Origin: Haliotis rufescens
Taxonomy: Eukaryota
Length of the DNA: 64,000 nt
Assembly: GCF_023055435.1 (NCBI RefSeq)
Contig: NW_025963813.1
Coordinates: 26,970,001-27,034,000, forward strand
Direction of reading: 5' to 3'
The translations under genes and the position numbers were made by a program. Position 1 is the stretch's first letter. Every line of letters starts with the position of its first letter. The notes under the pieces are model-generated. The model did no database searches, was not told the DNA's origin, and saw only the letters and a list, made by a program, of their open reading frames with translations. Shown here piece by piece: positions 24,654-37,417 of this stretch.

Positions 24654-24736
24654 CTGCTCAGGTATAAGGCACCCATACACGGAAGTAACACAGATTATCA
24701 AATTGCAGTTCACAAACCGTTGACGCGACTGACAGC
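24654..24736 (-). pseudogene. Exon-like segment resembling a C-type lectin N-terminus with an in-frame stop
   Basis: GTGTTCCTCTTCAG acceptor; LSVASTVCELQFDNLCYFRVWVPYT*A, with TGA where CTL domains have the TW tryptophan. Confidence 0.3.
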
Positions 24737-24897
24737 CTGAAGAGGAACACTGACCGCCATATCCTGCCAATCCTGCGTCCGCCTGCCCTCGTTATAACGT
24801 GATTACAGGTCTTAATTGGTAGTGACTGGTAACCATCTGACACGCCGTTATTGCTTTACGAATTCTAGGTTGCGTTCTCCGTCTCCCATTGACTGAC

Positions 24898-25053
24898 GGA
24901 CGGTCGGGGAGCCTAGTGGTTAAGGCGTTCGCTCGTCACGCCGAGGACCCGGGTTCGATTCCCGACATGGGTACAATGTGTGAAGCTCATTTCTGGTGTC
25001 CCCCGCTGTGATTTTGCTAAAAGCGGCGAAAAACCAAATTCACTCATTCACTC
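24898..25053 (+). mobile_element. SINE family C, full length
   Basis: A box AGCCTAGTGG, GTC anticodon-like loop, B box GGTTCGATTCCC, tail. Confidence 0.9.
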
Positions 25054-26224
25054 CAATTTACTGAGTGGGACAGGTGTTTTCATGGAATTTTAAGGTGCCA
25101 CGACTCTCTGGATTGCTTATTCGAGTGAGTGAGTGAGTGAGCTTTAAATAGCATGATTAAAATCATTTCACCAGGAATAACGTGGTGGACACACCAACGG
25201 TCGTAATCGGGATAATCCTATTTTTTTAAACAGGGATATTGTGACAAGGCCGAGGACCGCAACACACAGTGACGTGCAGCGCCGCACATGCCGTCCCTGA
25301 TAACGCACGGAGGATGGACAACGGGAAGCTGATACAGGGAAGCATCACGATGTTATTAACATTATTTGTGAGACTGGGCGGATAGTTATTGGTGTTGTGA
25401 GATATTGCGTGATCCTAATCCCTGAACGGCCTTCCCGTGGCATGACGAGAGGAGCCGAACGTTTGACGTCTGGACTTTATAATCATACCTTCGTCTTTCT
25501 GATTATAATTAAACACAATACACTCTACATCAAGTGCATTTAACGTCGTTTACCATCACGAACAGTGAAACCTTCCTCTCATAGTATGAGTCAAGATATT
25601 CCATTGTACCATATGGTCAAGACTACGCAGGACTTGCCAGACACGGGTCATTAAATGTAGCTTTCGAGGGATTATTCCAGACATTTTCAAACCTGAGGAT
25701 GCCTATTTCTGTTATATTCACGGACAAGTAGTTGCAATGCTGTTCTTTCAACAATTGACATGTCTTTGCATGTATTTGTGACTGTGCCACCGCGGGGCAG
25801 GATACGCTCACATTTTCGTGAACACCTGGTATCATCACGATTTGATAGTGATTCATAAACACATGCTCATGAAACAGTCGGAATCGTACAGTCGACTCTG
25901 CTTATAGCAGGGATTTCCTCTTAATATGGAAGGTGTTTTGTCGCTTTTATTTGGAACGCTGTTAAACATGCTCTTGGAAAAATAAAATTTATATCAGAAA
26001 AGTGGACGGAATTATTCGAGATATTATTTTACGAATTCTTGTTCTTAGGATTATGATTCCAATTATTCTTGGATTAGTAGATTAGAAACACTATTGAATT
26101 AGTAGACTTAGAAGCACCATATATTCGCGGACAAGTAGATTAATTCACACTAAGCCTCCAGATTCAGACACTGTAGATATACCTAGTCTAGTAGATAGAG
26201 AAACTTGCGAGAAAGTTTTATTAT

Positions 26225-27210
26225 AGAAGATTAATACATTGCAGACATTCTTGGACCAGTGAATTAATACATTGCAGACATTCTTGGACCAGTGGATAAA
26301 TACATTGCAGACATTCTTGGACCAGTGGATAAATACATTGCAGACATTCTTGGACCAGTGGATAAATACATTGCAGACATTCTTGGACCAGTGGATTAAT
26401 ACATTGCAGACATTCTTGGACTAGTGGATAAATACATTGAAGACATTCTTGGACTAGTGGATTAATACATTGCAGACATTCTTGGACCAGTGGATTAATA
26501 CATTGCAGACATTCTTGGACCAGTGGATAAATACATTGCAGACATTCTTGGACCAGTGGATTAATACATTGCAGACATTCTTGGACTAGTGGATTAATAC
26601 ATTGCAGACATTCTTGGACTAGTGGATAAATACATTGCAGACATTCTTGGACCAGTGGATTAAGATTCTCGAGACATCTTGGACTAGTGGATTAAGATTC
26701 TCAAGACATCCTGGACAAGTGGATTCAGATACTCAAACATCCTTGGACTAGTGGATTAAGGTACTCAAGACATTCTTTGACTAGTGGATTAAAATACTCA
26801 AGACACCCCTGACTAGTGGATTAAGATACTCAAGACATTTTTGGACTAGTGGATTAAGGTACTCGAGACATTCTTTGACTAGTGGATTAAAATACTCAAG
26901 ACACCCCTGACTAGTAGATTAAGGTACTCAAGACATTCTTTGACTAGTGGATTAAAATACTCAAGACACCCCTGACTAGTGGATTAAGATACTCAAGACA
27001 TTCTTGGACTAGTGGATTACGATACTCAAGACATTCTTTGACTAGTGGATTAAGATACTAATAGACATTCTTTGACTAGTAGATTTATACAATGCAGACA
27101 TTCTTGGACAAGTGGATTAAGATACTCCAGACATTCTTGACTAGTAGATTAAGAGACTCCAGACATTCTTGGACAAGTGGATTAAGACGCTCCAGACATT
27201 CTTGGACACG
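26225..27210. repeat. Minisatellite, 33-bp unit, two sub-arrays
   Basis: AATACATTGCAGACATTCTTGGACCAGTGGATW to about 26660, then a TAAGATACTCAAGACATTCTTGGACTAGTGGAT-type variant. Confidence 0.95.
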
Positions 27211-28544
27211 GAGATTTAGGTTTTCAATTACGGTTATCAGTAAATGAAAATTACACCGAACACTCGTTGGATATAAAGCTACTTATTTTTTCATAAAGAT
27301 ATATGTTAACATAGGTTAATAGTAAAGAGGTCACATATATTTTGGTCTTGACGTCAGACTTCCAGGATTGCGCATCATAGCTGCAACTAATACCACCATA
27401 TCCTCAGCTGCCGCCACTGAATCTAACCTTTGAAATGAAGACATATATATTCAGGTTGCATTATCAAGTGTAATTATCCCTGTTGTCACGACTTGAAATA
27501 GCAAAAGGCGCAATAAGGCGCCGTCATGAAATGAAGAGTACTAGAATATGGGGCATTAAAAAGGACTTATTATAATTATCATCATTGTCTTAGGCATTAT
27601 TCTCACAACAAACAATGAATGTGATCGTTACCATTCTATCCATCTATCAGCAGCAGCAGCAGCAGCAGCATCACGATCACGACCTTCATACACCATTCAG
27701 ACGATCAATACCGTCACCATTCAGGTCATCATCATCATCTATCATCTTCACCGCCGTGATATTGCTGGAACATTGCTAAAAGCGGCGTAAGACCATACTC
27801 ACTCATCATCATTATCATCATCATAACCATCATGATCGTCGTTATCATATCAGGCCACCATCATAATCAACATAACCATCATCATCGTCGTCGTCGTCAT
27901 TGTTGTACGTAAATAGCAACAGCGTAATAACAGAGTTTTAACTATCACAAAACTATTGCAAACCTGTGGTAGCCACCCTGATATGATTTTGATACAGTGA
28001 AAAGTAGCAAGCTTTGAGTTTTCCCCGAACCAAGTACCAATACTAAATCAATTTTACACTTGATCAAGAAGGGAATTACGTGGCCACGTCATCTTGTCAA
28101 AGGACTAAGGGAACACACAATGAAGTAGAAGTGATACAGCATTGATTCGTGGTGAGGGGACGTATCGACTGCGGCCACACGTCTCCCCCTGTATGGGGTC
28201 ACCAGTCATTTATTGAACGTTATGGACGGCGACGTAGTATTGATTCAGTCACTTTGCTTGGAGACTCCGGTTATTGATATTCTTTTAGATATCATGAGAA
28301 ACTATGAACTGTTGCTGGCAAGGCATTATTAGATATTACATCTTCATTAAACACATTATTGTGAATATAGAAAGGCTCGATTGTAACGTAATCATCCGTA
28401 AACAGAACTACGTCGACATTAAATGTAGCAGCAAATAACGATTATCATTTCTAATGCTAGTCAATATGTGATATGATTTACAGTTTGTATGGCTGTTTTT
28501 TTATTTGTGTTGAATGTCCCGTTTCGGAATTAGTTAGAACCCTT

Positions 28545-28690
28545 TTACACATACCCTGTTAGAGGTCATGACCCAATGTCATTTCCTATTCTGTTAGATG
28601 TCATGACCTAGGGTCAGTATTTACCCTGTTAGAGGTCATGACCTAAGGTCAGCCTTTACCCTTTTAGAGGTCATGGCCTAAGGTCATCGG
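28545..28690. repeat. Short degenerate tandem repeat (about 35 bp, 4 copies)
   Basis: TACCCTGTTAGAGGTCATGACCTAAGGTCA recurring. Confidence 0.8.
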
Positions 28691-29079
28691 AAAAAGCGTT
28701 TGCTTAATGGGCATTCAGTAGGGTAAAACGTCGTTTTAGGTCAGTGTTTCAGTCACACCACGGACAGAAAGCAAATGAAGCAGCTTTACCATTAAATAAG
28801 CCACATGGACATTAGTATGGTACTGACAAACCAAGTATTATAATCGGAGTGGATCTGGGATTCGAACCCGCGATCTCCACATCGGACACATGTGAAATTG
28901 TGAAGGACTGTCACATTTTGTAAACGATGATCAGTTGTGACGGTCAAAATATTCATGTTTGCGTATTCAAGGAGGGTAATCTCGGGAGAGTTTAACAGTG
29001 GAAGCACGTCGTGCCGCCGTCGTTAAAAACCAAGGGAGTTCAGAGGTTTTCGATGCACTAATGTACTGAAAATAATACC

Positions 29080-29140
29080 CCTCTCCCCTCCCCTGAGCTC
29101 CCCTCCCCTCCCCTCCCCTCCCCTCCCCTCCCCTCCCCTC
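29080..29140. repeat. (CCCTC)n microsatellite
   Basis: Pentanucleotide run. Confidence 0.95.
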
Positions 29141-29784
29141 TTATACTTGTAACATTTTTACGCAAAAGCACTGTATATTTTGAATCTAAAAAAAATATGA
29201 CTCTCCCCAAATATGTGTATTATCTAATATGTCCCTCTCCCTGATTCCCTCTGACGTACCCCCTATAATAAATTAGCGGTCCATGATCTGTTTACTGTAC
29301 TTTTATTATACAGATCTGTCTTGCTATGAATTATCACCCTAACTACACAGGGAAGTTCGCACTTTAAAGCACGTCAATTACAACGAGGTCTATACACAGA
29401 CGAGGCTGACAGGGTCCATGGTTTCAAAATATACTGCCGGGCAAAAGAAAGTATACACACTTGAAAATTGGATTTGACAAAAAAGAACAAATACAAACGT
29501 TACATGGCTGAAACCTGGCGGCGCGAGTACCGCTCCCCTTATAGGGCCACACAGCTCGGACTAGTAGGCTCTCCCACAAGTTTGATTCAAGCCAGTCGCC
29601 ACTTTTGTAGGCTCAAATTGTCTTAGGACTATCGACACAACATTTTACTACCTTAATGATACTTAGTTTCATACATGGCATTAATAATATGGTCTTATTT
29701 GAGTGTAGGGTGTGTTGTTTCACTTCGCTTTGAACAGTATTTGAGTTAAATTACGCCGTGTCACTTGAATGTCAGAGGAAAGAG

Positions 29785-30050
29785 ATCAGATCCGGGTTAG
29801 AACAGGTCTTCAGCAACCCGTGCTTGCCGTAAAAAGGCAACTGTGCTTATCTAAAGAGGCGACTAACGGGATCGGGAGGTCAGTCTCGCTGACTTGGTTG
29901 ATGCATGTCACCGTATCCCAATTGCGTAGATCGATGTTCACGATGTCAATCACTGGATTGTCTGATCCAGACTCGATTATCTACAGACCGCCGTCCTATA
30001 GCTAAAATATTGCTGAGTGCGGCGTTAAAGAACAAACAAACAAACTAAAC
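29785..30050 (+). mobile_element. Retroposon family B
   Basis: Head, body and (AAAC)n tail. Confidence 0.9.
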
Positions 30051-30210
30051 GTCTCAGACGTTGACATACATGTGCCAACAAACCGAGAAGCATTATGAGG
30101 TCGAATCTTAGTTTGGAACCCACATCATACGATCTGGACACGCCTAAGCGGCGCAACTCTGCAGAGCGAATTGCAGCGCCCTAGCCGGCAGCTTGGGCCA
30201 CCCCTACCCC
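30050..30210 (-). mobile_element. Old SINE family D fragment
   Basis: GCAACTCTGCAGAGCGAAT matches the reverse-complemented family D head. Confidence 0.6.
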
Positions 30211-30984
30211 TGTACTATCAGAGCAAGGATATGTCATGTGTCCTATGCAACGTGACAACGTGACAGTGTGCACGATCCATGATAAATTGACATATTGTTG
30301 AATAACAACCACGGCTAATGCTGGAGTATATGAATGAGTGCTATGTGATATCACCAAACAGGTTTGGAGTGTCTGGTAATAAAGCTATACAGATAATTAC
30401 TTCGTGGAAAGCACTGTCTCTTCCCGGACGAAGACAAAGGTAGTGATTTAGCACGCCATTGACCGCGGGTCTTAAACGTAATTTGTTGCATATGCAACCT
30501 GTGTTTACACAGCCATGATAGCTGGGCAATATGTAATGTCTCGTTTCAGAGTTTTATTGCCCGCTTTTGAAAGACCAAAACACAAAAAAATTCAGCGCGA
30601 TCAGAACGAAGCCCAGAAACTGATGTTAATTGCCAGACGAAGTCGTCAGGTGACGAACACTGACAAATTAGAACACACTGAACAATAGCGTCAATGTTAT
30701 AATATATTTAATGATATAATAACAGTAAACTATGATTATAACGCACTCAAAGGGACCACTCAGTTTAGTTTGTTATATCCGTCACTTCGTTATAAGCGTG
30801 TACAGTTTACTGTATTTGGTTTATATTTAGCGACAAAGTCAGCAATATCCCTGCAACATCACGGCCCTGTGTACATTATCGACAAATCCACGCAGCCTTA
30901 CACGTTGTCGGGGCACAATGACACACAGATCAGACATTGTGACCAAACGATCCTCACTGCAATCGGCTCTACCACAAGCAGAAA

Positions 30985-31147
30985 GAGTGAATGAGTGAGG
31001 TAATGTGGTTTTACGCCGCATTTAGCAATATTCCCGCCGTGTTACGGCATGGGACACCAGAAATAGCTTCACGCGTTGTACCCATGGGAATTCGGGCCTT
31101 CGGCGTGACGAGCGAACGCTTTAACCATCGGGCTAACCCACCGCCCA
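30985..31147 (-). mobile_element. SINE family C
   Basis: Reverse-complement full-length copy. Confidence 0.88.
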
Positions 31148-31177
31148 CAGAGGCTGGTGAGTGTATTGTGTGAATCG

Positions 31178-31318
31178 AGCAGTATTCTATGGTTCCGGTG
31201 TCACGTCGAAGACCCGGGTTCGATTCCCCGCATAGGTACAATGTGTGAAGCCCATTTCTGGTGTCCCCGGCCGTGATATTGCTGGAATATTGTTAAAAGC
31301 GGCTTAAAACCATACTAC
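31178..31318 (+). mobile_element. SINE family C
   Basis: B box and tail; head-to-head with the previous copy. Confidence 0.88.
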
Positions 31319-31819
31319 TGTCTCAGGTCGTCCGCATGTCTGACAACCCACGGAGAAGAACATAAATGGTATAAATTTCTGATATTGAAATCTTGGTTGG
31401 TACATCTGAGGTTCAAGTCAAATCGTTGAGGTGTCAAATTGCTATTATATTTTCTGTACGTGTCCATTTAATGCTCACCGTGCTGGACATGCTGAATGTC
31501 TCTCATGGATATCATTAAAGTGTCGTGATCAAAAACAAATGTGTGTGTATATACAGCGACGCTTTTAAAACGACACCCCCAAGTCACACTCATTCATGGT
31601 CGTGAAAAGATTCTTAACATACAAAATATATTGGTAAATAGTTTACGTTATTGCCAAGGGAAATAGCGATAAACCTTCCGAAAAAAGCCAACCAGTCCGT
31701 TAGACCTGTCAACAAACCAAGTAGCGGCAATTATAAAATTATAAAATTTCACAGATCGTAATTCGTGTGTGATAAAAATACATATTTAATATGTTGTCAA
31801 TAATGGCGAGCTAGAAACG

Positions 31820-32340
31820 TGATGTACCGGGGGTAGATATCGGGGTTTGATACCTGGATTTGATACCGATGGTAGATATCATGGTTTGAGACCTGGATTT
31901 GATACCGGGGGTAGGTATCGGGGTTTGATACCTCGATTTGATAACGGGGGTAGATATCGGGGTTTGATACCTGGATTTGATAACAGGGGTAGATCTCGGG
32001 GTTTGATACCTGGATTTGATGCCGGGGGGACATATCGGGGTTTGATACCTCGATTTGATAACGGGGGTAAATATCGGGGTTTGATACCTCGATTTGATAC
32101 CGGGGGCAGATATCGAGGTTTGATACCTGAATTTGATACCAGGGGGAGAAATCGTGGTTTGATATCTGGATTTGATACCGAGGGTACATATCGGGGTTTG
32201 ATACCTCGATTTGATACCGGGGGCAGATATCGGGGTTTTATACCTGTATTGATACCGGGGGTAGATATCGGGGTTTGATATTGGAATTTGATATCTGTTT
32301 TTTTATCCCGGATTTGAAACTTGGGATTGATACCTGGATA
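31820..32340. repeat. Minisatellite, 39-bp unit TTGATACCTGGATTTGATACCGGGGGTAGATATCGGGGT
   Basis: 13-codon periodicity in the ORF track. Confidence 0.95.
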
Positions 32341-32389
32341 TGTGACCTTGATGTATGGGCTTGATACTTTGATACTTCTTTTCATAGCC

Positions 32390-34405
32390 CAGGTTTGATA
32401 CCTGTGTCACATAACCGAGTTAGATACCCGAGTTTGATACCTGTGTCACATACTCGAATTAGATACCCGGGTATGATACCCGTATGCCACATAACTGAGT
32501 TAGATACCCTGGTTTGATAACTGTGTCACATAACAGGATTAAATATCCGGGTTTAATACCTCTGTATCACACAACCGAGGTTGATACCTGTGTGCCTTAT
32601 AACCGAGTTAGATACCCAGGTTTGATACATCTGTGCCTCATAACCGAGTTAGATACCCGTGTTTGTTACATGTGTAACACAACCGAGTTAGATACCCAGA
32701 TTTGATACATCTGTGCCTCATAACCGAGTTAGATACCCGTGTTTGTTACATGTGTAACACAACCGAGTTAGATGCCCGGGTTTGATACATCTGTGTCACA
32801 TTACCGAGTTAGATACCCGTGTTTGTTACATGTGTAACACAACCGAGTTAGATACCCTGGTTTGATACATCTGTGCCTCATAACCTAGTTAGATACCCGT
32901 GTTTGTTACATGTGTAACACAACCGAGTTAGATACCCTGGTTTGATACATCTGTGCCTCATAACCGAGTTAGATACCCGTGTTTGTTACATGTGTAACAC
33001 AACCGAGTTAGATACCCTGGTTTGATACATCTGTGTCACATTACCGAGTTAGATACCCGTGTTTGTTACATGTGTAACACAACCGAGTTAGATACCCTGG
33101 TTTGATACATCTGTGCCTCATAACCGAGTTAGATACCCGTGTTTGTTACATGTGTAACACAACCGAGTTAGATGCCCGGGTTTGATACATCTGTGTCACA
33201 TTACCGAGTTAGATACCCTGGTTTGATACCTGTGTCACACAACCGAGTTAGATACCCTGTTTTGATACCTGTGTCACATAACCGAGTTTGATACCCGTGT
33301 TTGTAACATGTGTAACACAACCGAGTTAGATACCCTGGTTTGATACATCTGTGCCTCATAACCGAGTTAGATACCCGTGTTTGTTACATGTGTAACACAA
33401 CCGAGTTAGATGCCCGGGTGTGATACATCTGTGTCACATTACCGAGTTAGATACCCTGGTTTGATACCTGTGTCACACAACCGAGTTAGATACCCTGTTT
33501 TGATACCTGTGTCACATAACCGAGTTTGATACTCGGGAATGATACCTGTGCGCCGCACAACCGAGTGAGATACCCGAGTTTGATGCTTCTATGCAACATA
33601 ACCGAGTTAGATACCCTGGTTTGATAACTGTGTCACATAACCGAGTTTGAAAGCCGGATTGGATACCTGTGTAACATAACCGAGTTAGATACTCGGGTAT
33701 GATACCTCTGTGTCACGTAACCGAGTGAGATACCCGAGTTTGATACTTCTATGCCACATAACCGAGTTAGATACACGGGTATGATACCTGTGTGCCACAT
33801 AACTGAGTTAGATACCCTGGTTTGATAACTGTGTCACATAACAGGATTAAATTTCCGGGTTTGATACCTCTGTGTAACACAACCGAGTTTTGATACCTGT
33901 GTGCCTCATAACCGAGTTAGATACACGGGTATGATACCTGTGTGCCACATAACTGAGTTAGATACCCTGGTTTGATAACTGTGTCACATAACAGGATTAA
34001 ATTTCCGGGTTTGATACCTCTGTGTCACACAACCGAGTTTGATACCTGTGTGCCCCATAACCGAGTTAGATACACGGGTATGATACATGTGTCACACAAC
34101 CGAGTTAGATACTCGGGTATGATACCTGTGTGTCACACAACCGAGTGGGATACCCGAGTTTGATACTTCTATGCCACATGACCGAGTTAGATACTCGGGT
34201 ATGATACCTGTGTGTCACATAACCGAGTTTGAAACCCGGGTTTGATACCTGTGTCACAAAACCAGGATAGAGACCCGGGTTTGATGCCTGTGTGTCACAT
34301 TACCGAGTTTGAAACCCGGGTTTGATACCCTTGTGCCACACAGAGACCATATACCGTGTATGGTCTCTGTGTCACATAACCGAGTTTGAAACTTGCGTTT
34401 GAAAC
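32390..34405. repeat. Minisatellite, 39-41-bp unit with an 80-bp higher-order dimer (about 32620-33200)
   Basis: TTTGATACCTGTGTCACATAACCGAGTTAGATACCC core; exact 80-bp period at 32621, 32701, 32781 and 32861. Confidence 0.95.
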
Positions 34406-35189
34406 CTGAAAGAATATCGTGACCTGTAGCCTCACCAGTAAATAAAATTTCCAACGATTTAATTTCTCAAACAAATGTTTTTACCCAAGTTGTAATGCTA
34501 CCTGCACATACATCGTGTGCGTGCAGGGTTGCGTGCACGCGATAACTAGCTTAGATGCTGAGCATTCGATAACAATGCGTACGTTACAGATAGTTGGATC
34601 ACGAGCACTTCAGGAGACAGGTTTGTTATGTTGGAGTATTTACATTATTGATCACAGGGACATACACACCAGTAATTGTAGAAGTAACGTGATTATTGAT
34701 ATCTGCACAGGAAACAGAAGCCGATTACAAATCTGAAACGTTTTAATATCTAAGATGCATCGAAATCGGAATCCGGAGAATGTTTAGTTACCGCGTTCCC
34801 TGTTTCATTATGTACGGTTTCCATACAAAGTGGAAGAGATATTTTGATGCAGTTGATTGTTAATATCGCAACATCTAATACCCGACAACGTATGCTCTGC
34901 TAGTTATATTCCGACTCCGTTGTAGTGTTAAATGCATGGTAGCAGATGTTTGTTTTTTCTGGTGAAATCAGGTGTTTATCTCATTAAGTGACCTGACATG
35001 TTGGTATTTGATGATGGCGCAGCTATGAGCGAAACTGTCAACACTTCCAGGCCACGGGAAGAGATAAAGACGTTGTTTGACGAGGAAAGCCAAGTGCTTT
35101 TAGATTATTTATTACGTATTTGCTCAATGATCTATCGTCGCAGTCAAAGGTAGTTCCGGCATTGAGTATCATTTCAATCGAGTGGATGA

Positions 35190-35878
35190 TGATGTTGCAA
35201 TGTTGTAGTCCTGTATATAGGGTTGAAAACTACAGATGATAAAACATACCATGGAATACCCCACAACGTATACTATGTTGCAATGTTGTAGTCCTGTATA
35301 TAGGGTTGAATACTACAGATGATATAACATACCATGGAATACCCCACAACGTGTACTATGTTGCAATGTTGTAGTCCTGTATATAGGGTTGAATACTACA
35401 GATGATATAACATACCATGGAATACCCCACAACGTGTACTATGTTGCAATGTTGTAGTCCTGTAATAGGGTTGAATACTCAAGAATATATAACATACAAT
35501 GGAATACCCCACAACGTATACTATGTTGCAATGTTGTAGTCCTGTATATAGGGTTGAATACTACAGATGATATAACATACCATGGAATACCCCACAACGT
35601 GTACTATGTTGCAATGTTGTAGTCCTGTAATAGGGTTGAATACTCAAGAATATATAACATACAATGGAATACCCCACAACGTATACTATGTTGCAATGTT
35701 GTAGTCCTGTATATAGGGTTGAATACTATAGATGATATAACATACCATGGAATACCCCACAACGTATACTATGTTGTAATGTTGTAGTCCTGTATATAGG
35801 GTTGAATACTACAGATGATATAACATACCATGGAATACTCCACAACGTATACTATGTTGTAATGTTGTAGTCCTGTAA
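35190..35878. repeat. Minisatellite, 83-bp unit, about 8 copies
   Basis: GTTGCAATG recurs at 35194, 35277 and 35360. Confidence 0.97.
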
Positions 35879-35944
35879 CAGCGTTGGATAAATGTGTTGT
35901 ATTAGCATACATGGTACCGCATAAGAAATCTACATACCACCTGA

Positions 35945-36149
35945 TACTTTCGATTCTTTCGATATAGAGGGTCGTCTTCATCGATAGGACTATAACAGGG
36001 AATGGGATGGGATCATGGGTTCGTCATATCAGTATATTCGATACAGAGGGGGGTCTTATTGAATCAGTTCATAAACAACTTTTAGGGATGGGAATACATG
36101 TTCGACATACGGGTACGGTCGAGATAACCGAGTTGGAGGTTCGGCTGTA
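35945..36149. mobile_element. pogo/Tigger-like MITE remnant
   Basis: Ends GAGGTTCGGCTGTA with CGAGATA subterminal motifs like 60775-60939. Confidence 0.55.
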
Positions 36150-36175
36150 TTTGTCGTCACAATCTCGAGCCTTAC

Positions 36176-36236
36176 CCATCAAAGCGTGCACTGACAACAG
36201 TAATTGAAGGAGAATCTCCCCGGAGTGTTCCATCAT
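36176..36236 (-). CDS. Candidate first coding exon with signal-peptide-like sequence (MMEHSGEILLQLLLSVHALM)
   Basis: ATG, hydrophobic stretch and phase-1 G|GTAAGG donor; upstream candidate 63-nt intron 36502-36564 (GTAAGT...TTTTCAG). Confidence 0.35.
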
Positions 36237-36564
36237 ACAAACAAAAGGAATTAACGGAAATGAATTAAAAATATATAGCTCTAGACTGGATACCAATGAT
36301 TGGCATGTCGAAACATATGCAGGCATCAGCAAATTCATGCGGTAATTGAAACCAAATGTTGGCATATGACATGAACGTTCTTCTTTCGTGTCAACGTGTA
36401 TATATCATAGCTGTGTTGAGGTAGAATATGTCAGGTTTTGTTTGATAGACATGTAAATAGAACCGGTGACGTAGTCAAAATATTATTCAGATAGAATGAC
36501 ACTGAAAAGCAGGCTAATAATATATAAGTATTTTTAAACAGACATATGAGTTTGTTTGACTTAC

Positions 36565-37015
36565 CCGGCGCCCTTATGGAGTGTTGAAATGTATTGACTG
36601 GTGTTCGCTCGCCGTGAGCCTGTGTGGAGCTCTACCGAGAGCCGCGCTTAGTACACCCACTCAACCTCGATCAATACTCTCATCAGCGCGTGTACAACCG
36701 CCGTGAATAGTAAATATTGTACCAGGGTGCATCGACACGATAGGTGAAATACTTTATTATCAATTTTACAAAAGACTGCATGTATGCACAGGGATTTTTT
36801 GCAGTCGGCGAAACAACTGGGTTGTACTTCGTTACGTGTTTTTTATCGAAGTTGCCTACAGGCTGCGCGGAGTCGTTTGAGTCACGTGACCATGGCCCCG
36901 TCTGATTTTATATCACGGCAAACAAATACCCCTCGACTTGAATCGTTTTTTAGCGTCACTTGGGCTGTTGCAACGGGAATGCTAAGTGATACGAAAATCT
37001 GCGTCACGTGACAGT
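36565..37015 (-). promoter_or_regulatory. CpG-rich candidate promoter/5' exon with two GTCACGTGAC E-boxes
   Basis: Perfect palindromes at 36881-36890 and 37003-37012, upstream of a GG|GTAAGT donor; could instead be MITE-borne. Confidence 0.35.
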
Positions 37016-37302
37016 GAAACCGATAGATATACAGTGTCAAGTTTAATCTAATTTATGATAAAGCCAACAGTATGTTGCAAACGGCCTGTAAAAATCTCAA
37101 GTCAAAATTGGTGTACACGAAAACACCATAACGTTATCAGTATGTATGGAACTCATAACGCGGTTTTAGTTATTGAATATACTATTATTTATCATTTTAA
37201 AGTGACAGATATACTGCTTCCGAAAAGTTAAGGACATCGGGTGGGTGAAAGGGGGGTCAGCGTGGCGTTCAGGATTACTGGACTTATATCGCGAGGTGCA
37301 TG

Positions 37303-37305
<3 letters not shown>

Positions 37306-37337
<32 letters not shown>
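37306..37337. repeat. (GT)n microsatellite
   Basis: Dinucleotide run. Confidence 0.97.
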
Positions 37338-37340
<3 letters not shown>

Positions 37341-37417
37341 AGGGGCTGTGGCTGTTTGTACTAGTCAGGATTTATGCAGGTTTGTATAGTGCTACCCCAC
37401 TGAGATGCCATGCCGCA

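Noticed and set aside
31797-32385. Overlapping repeat ORFs on both strands
   Set aside because: A 39-bp unit lacking stops; no splice or start context.
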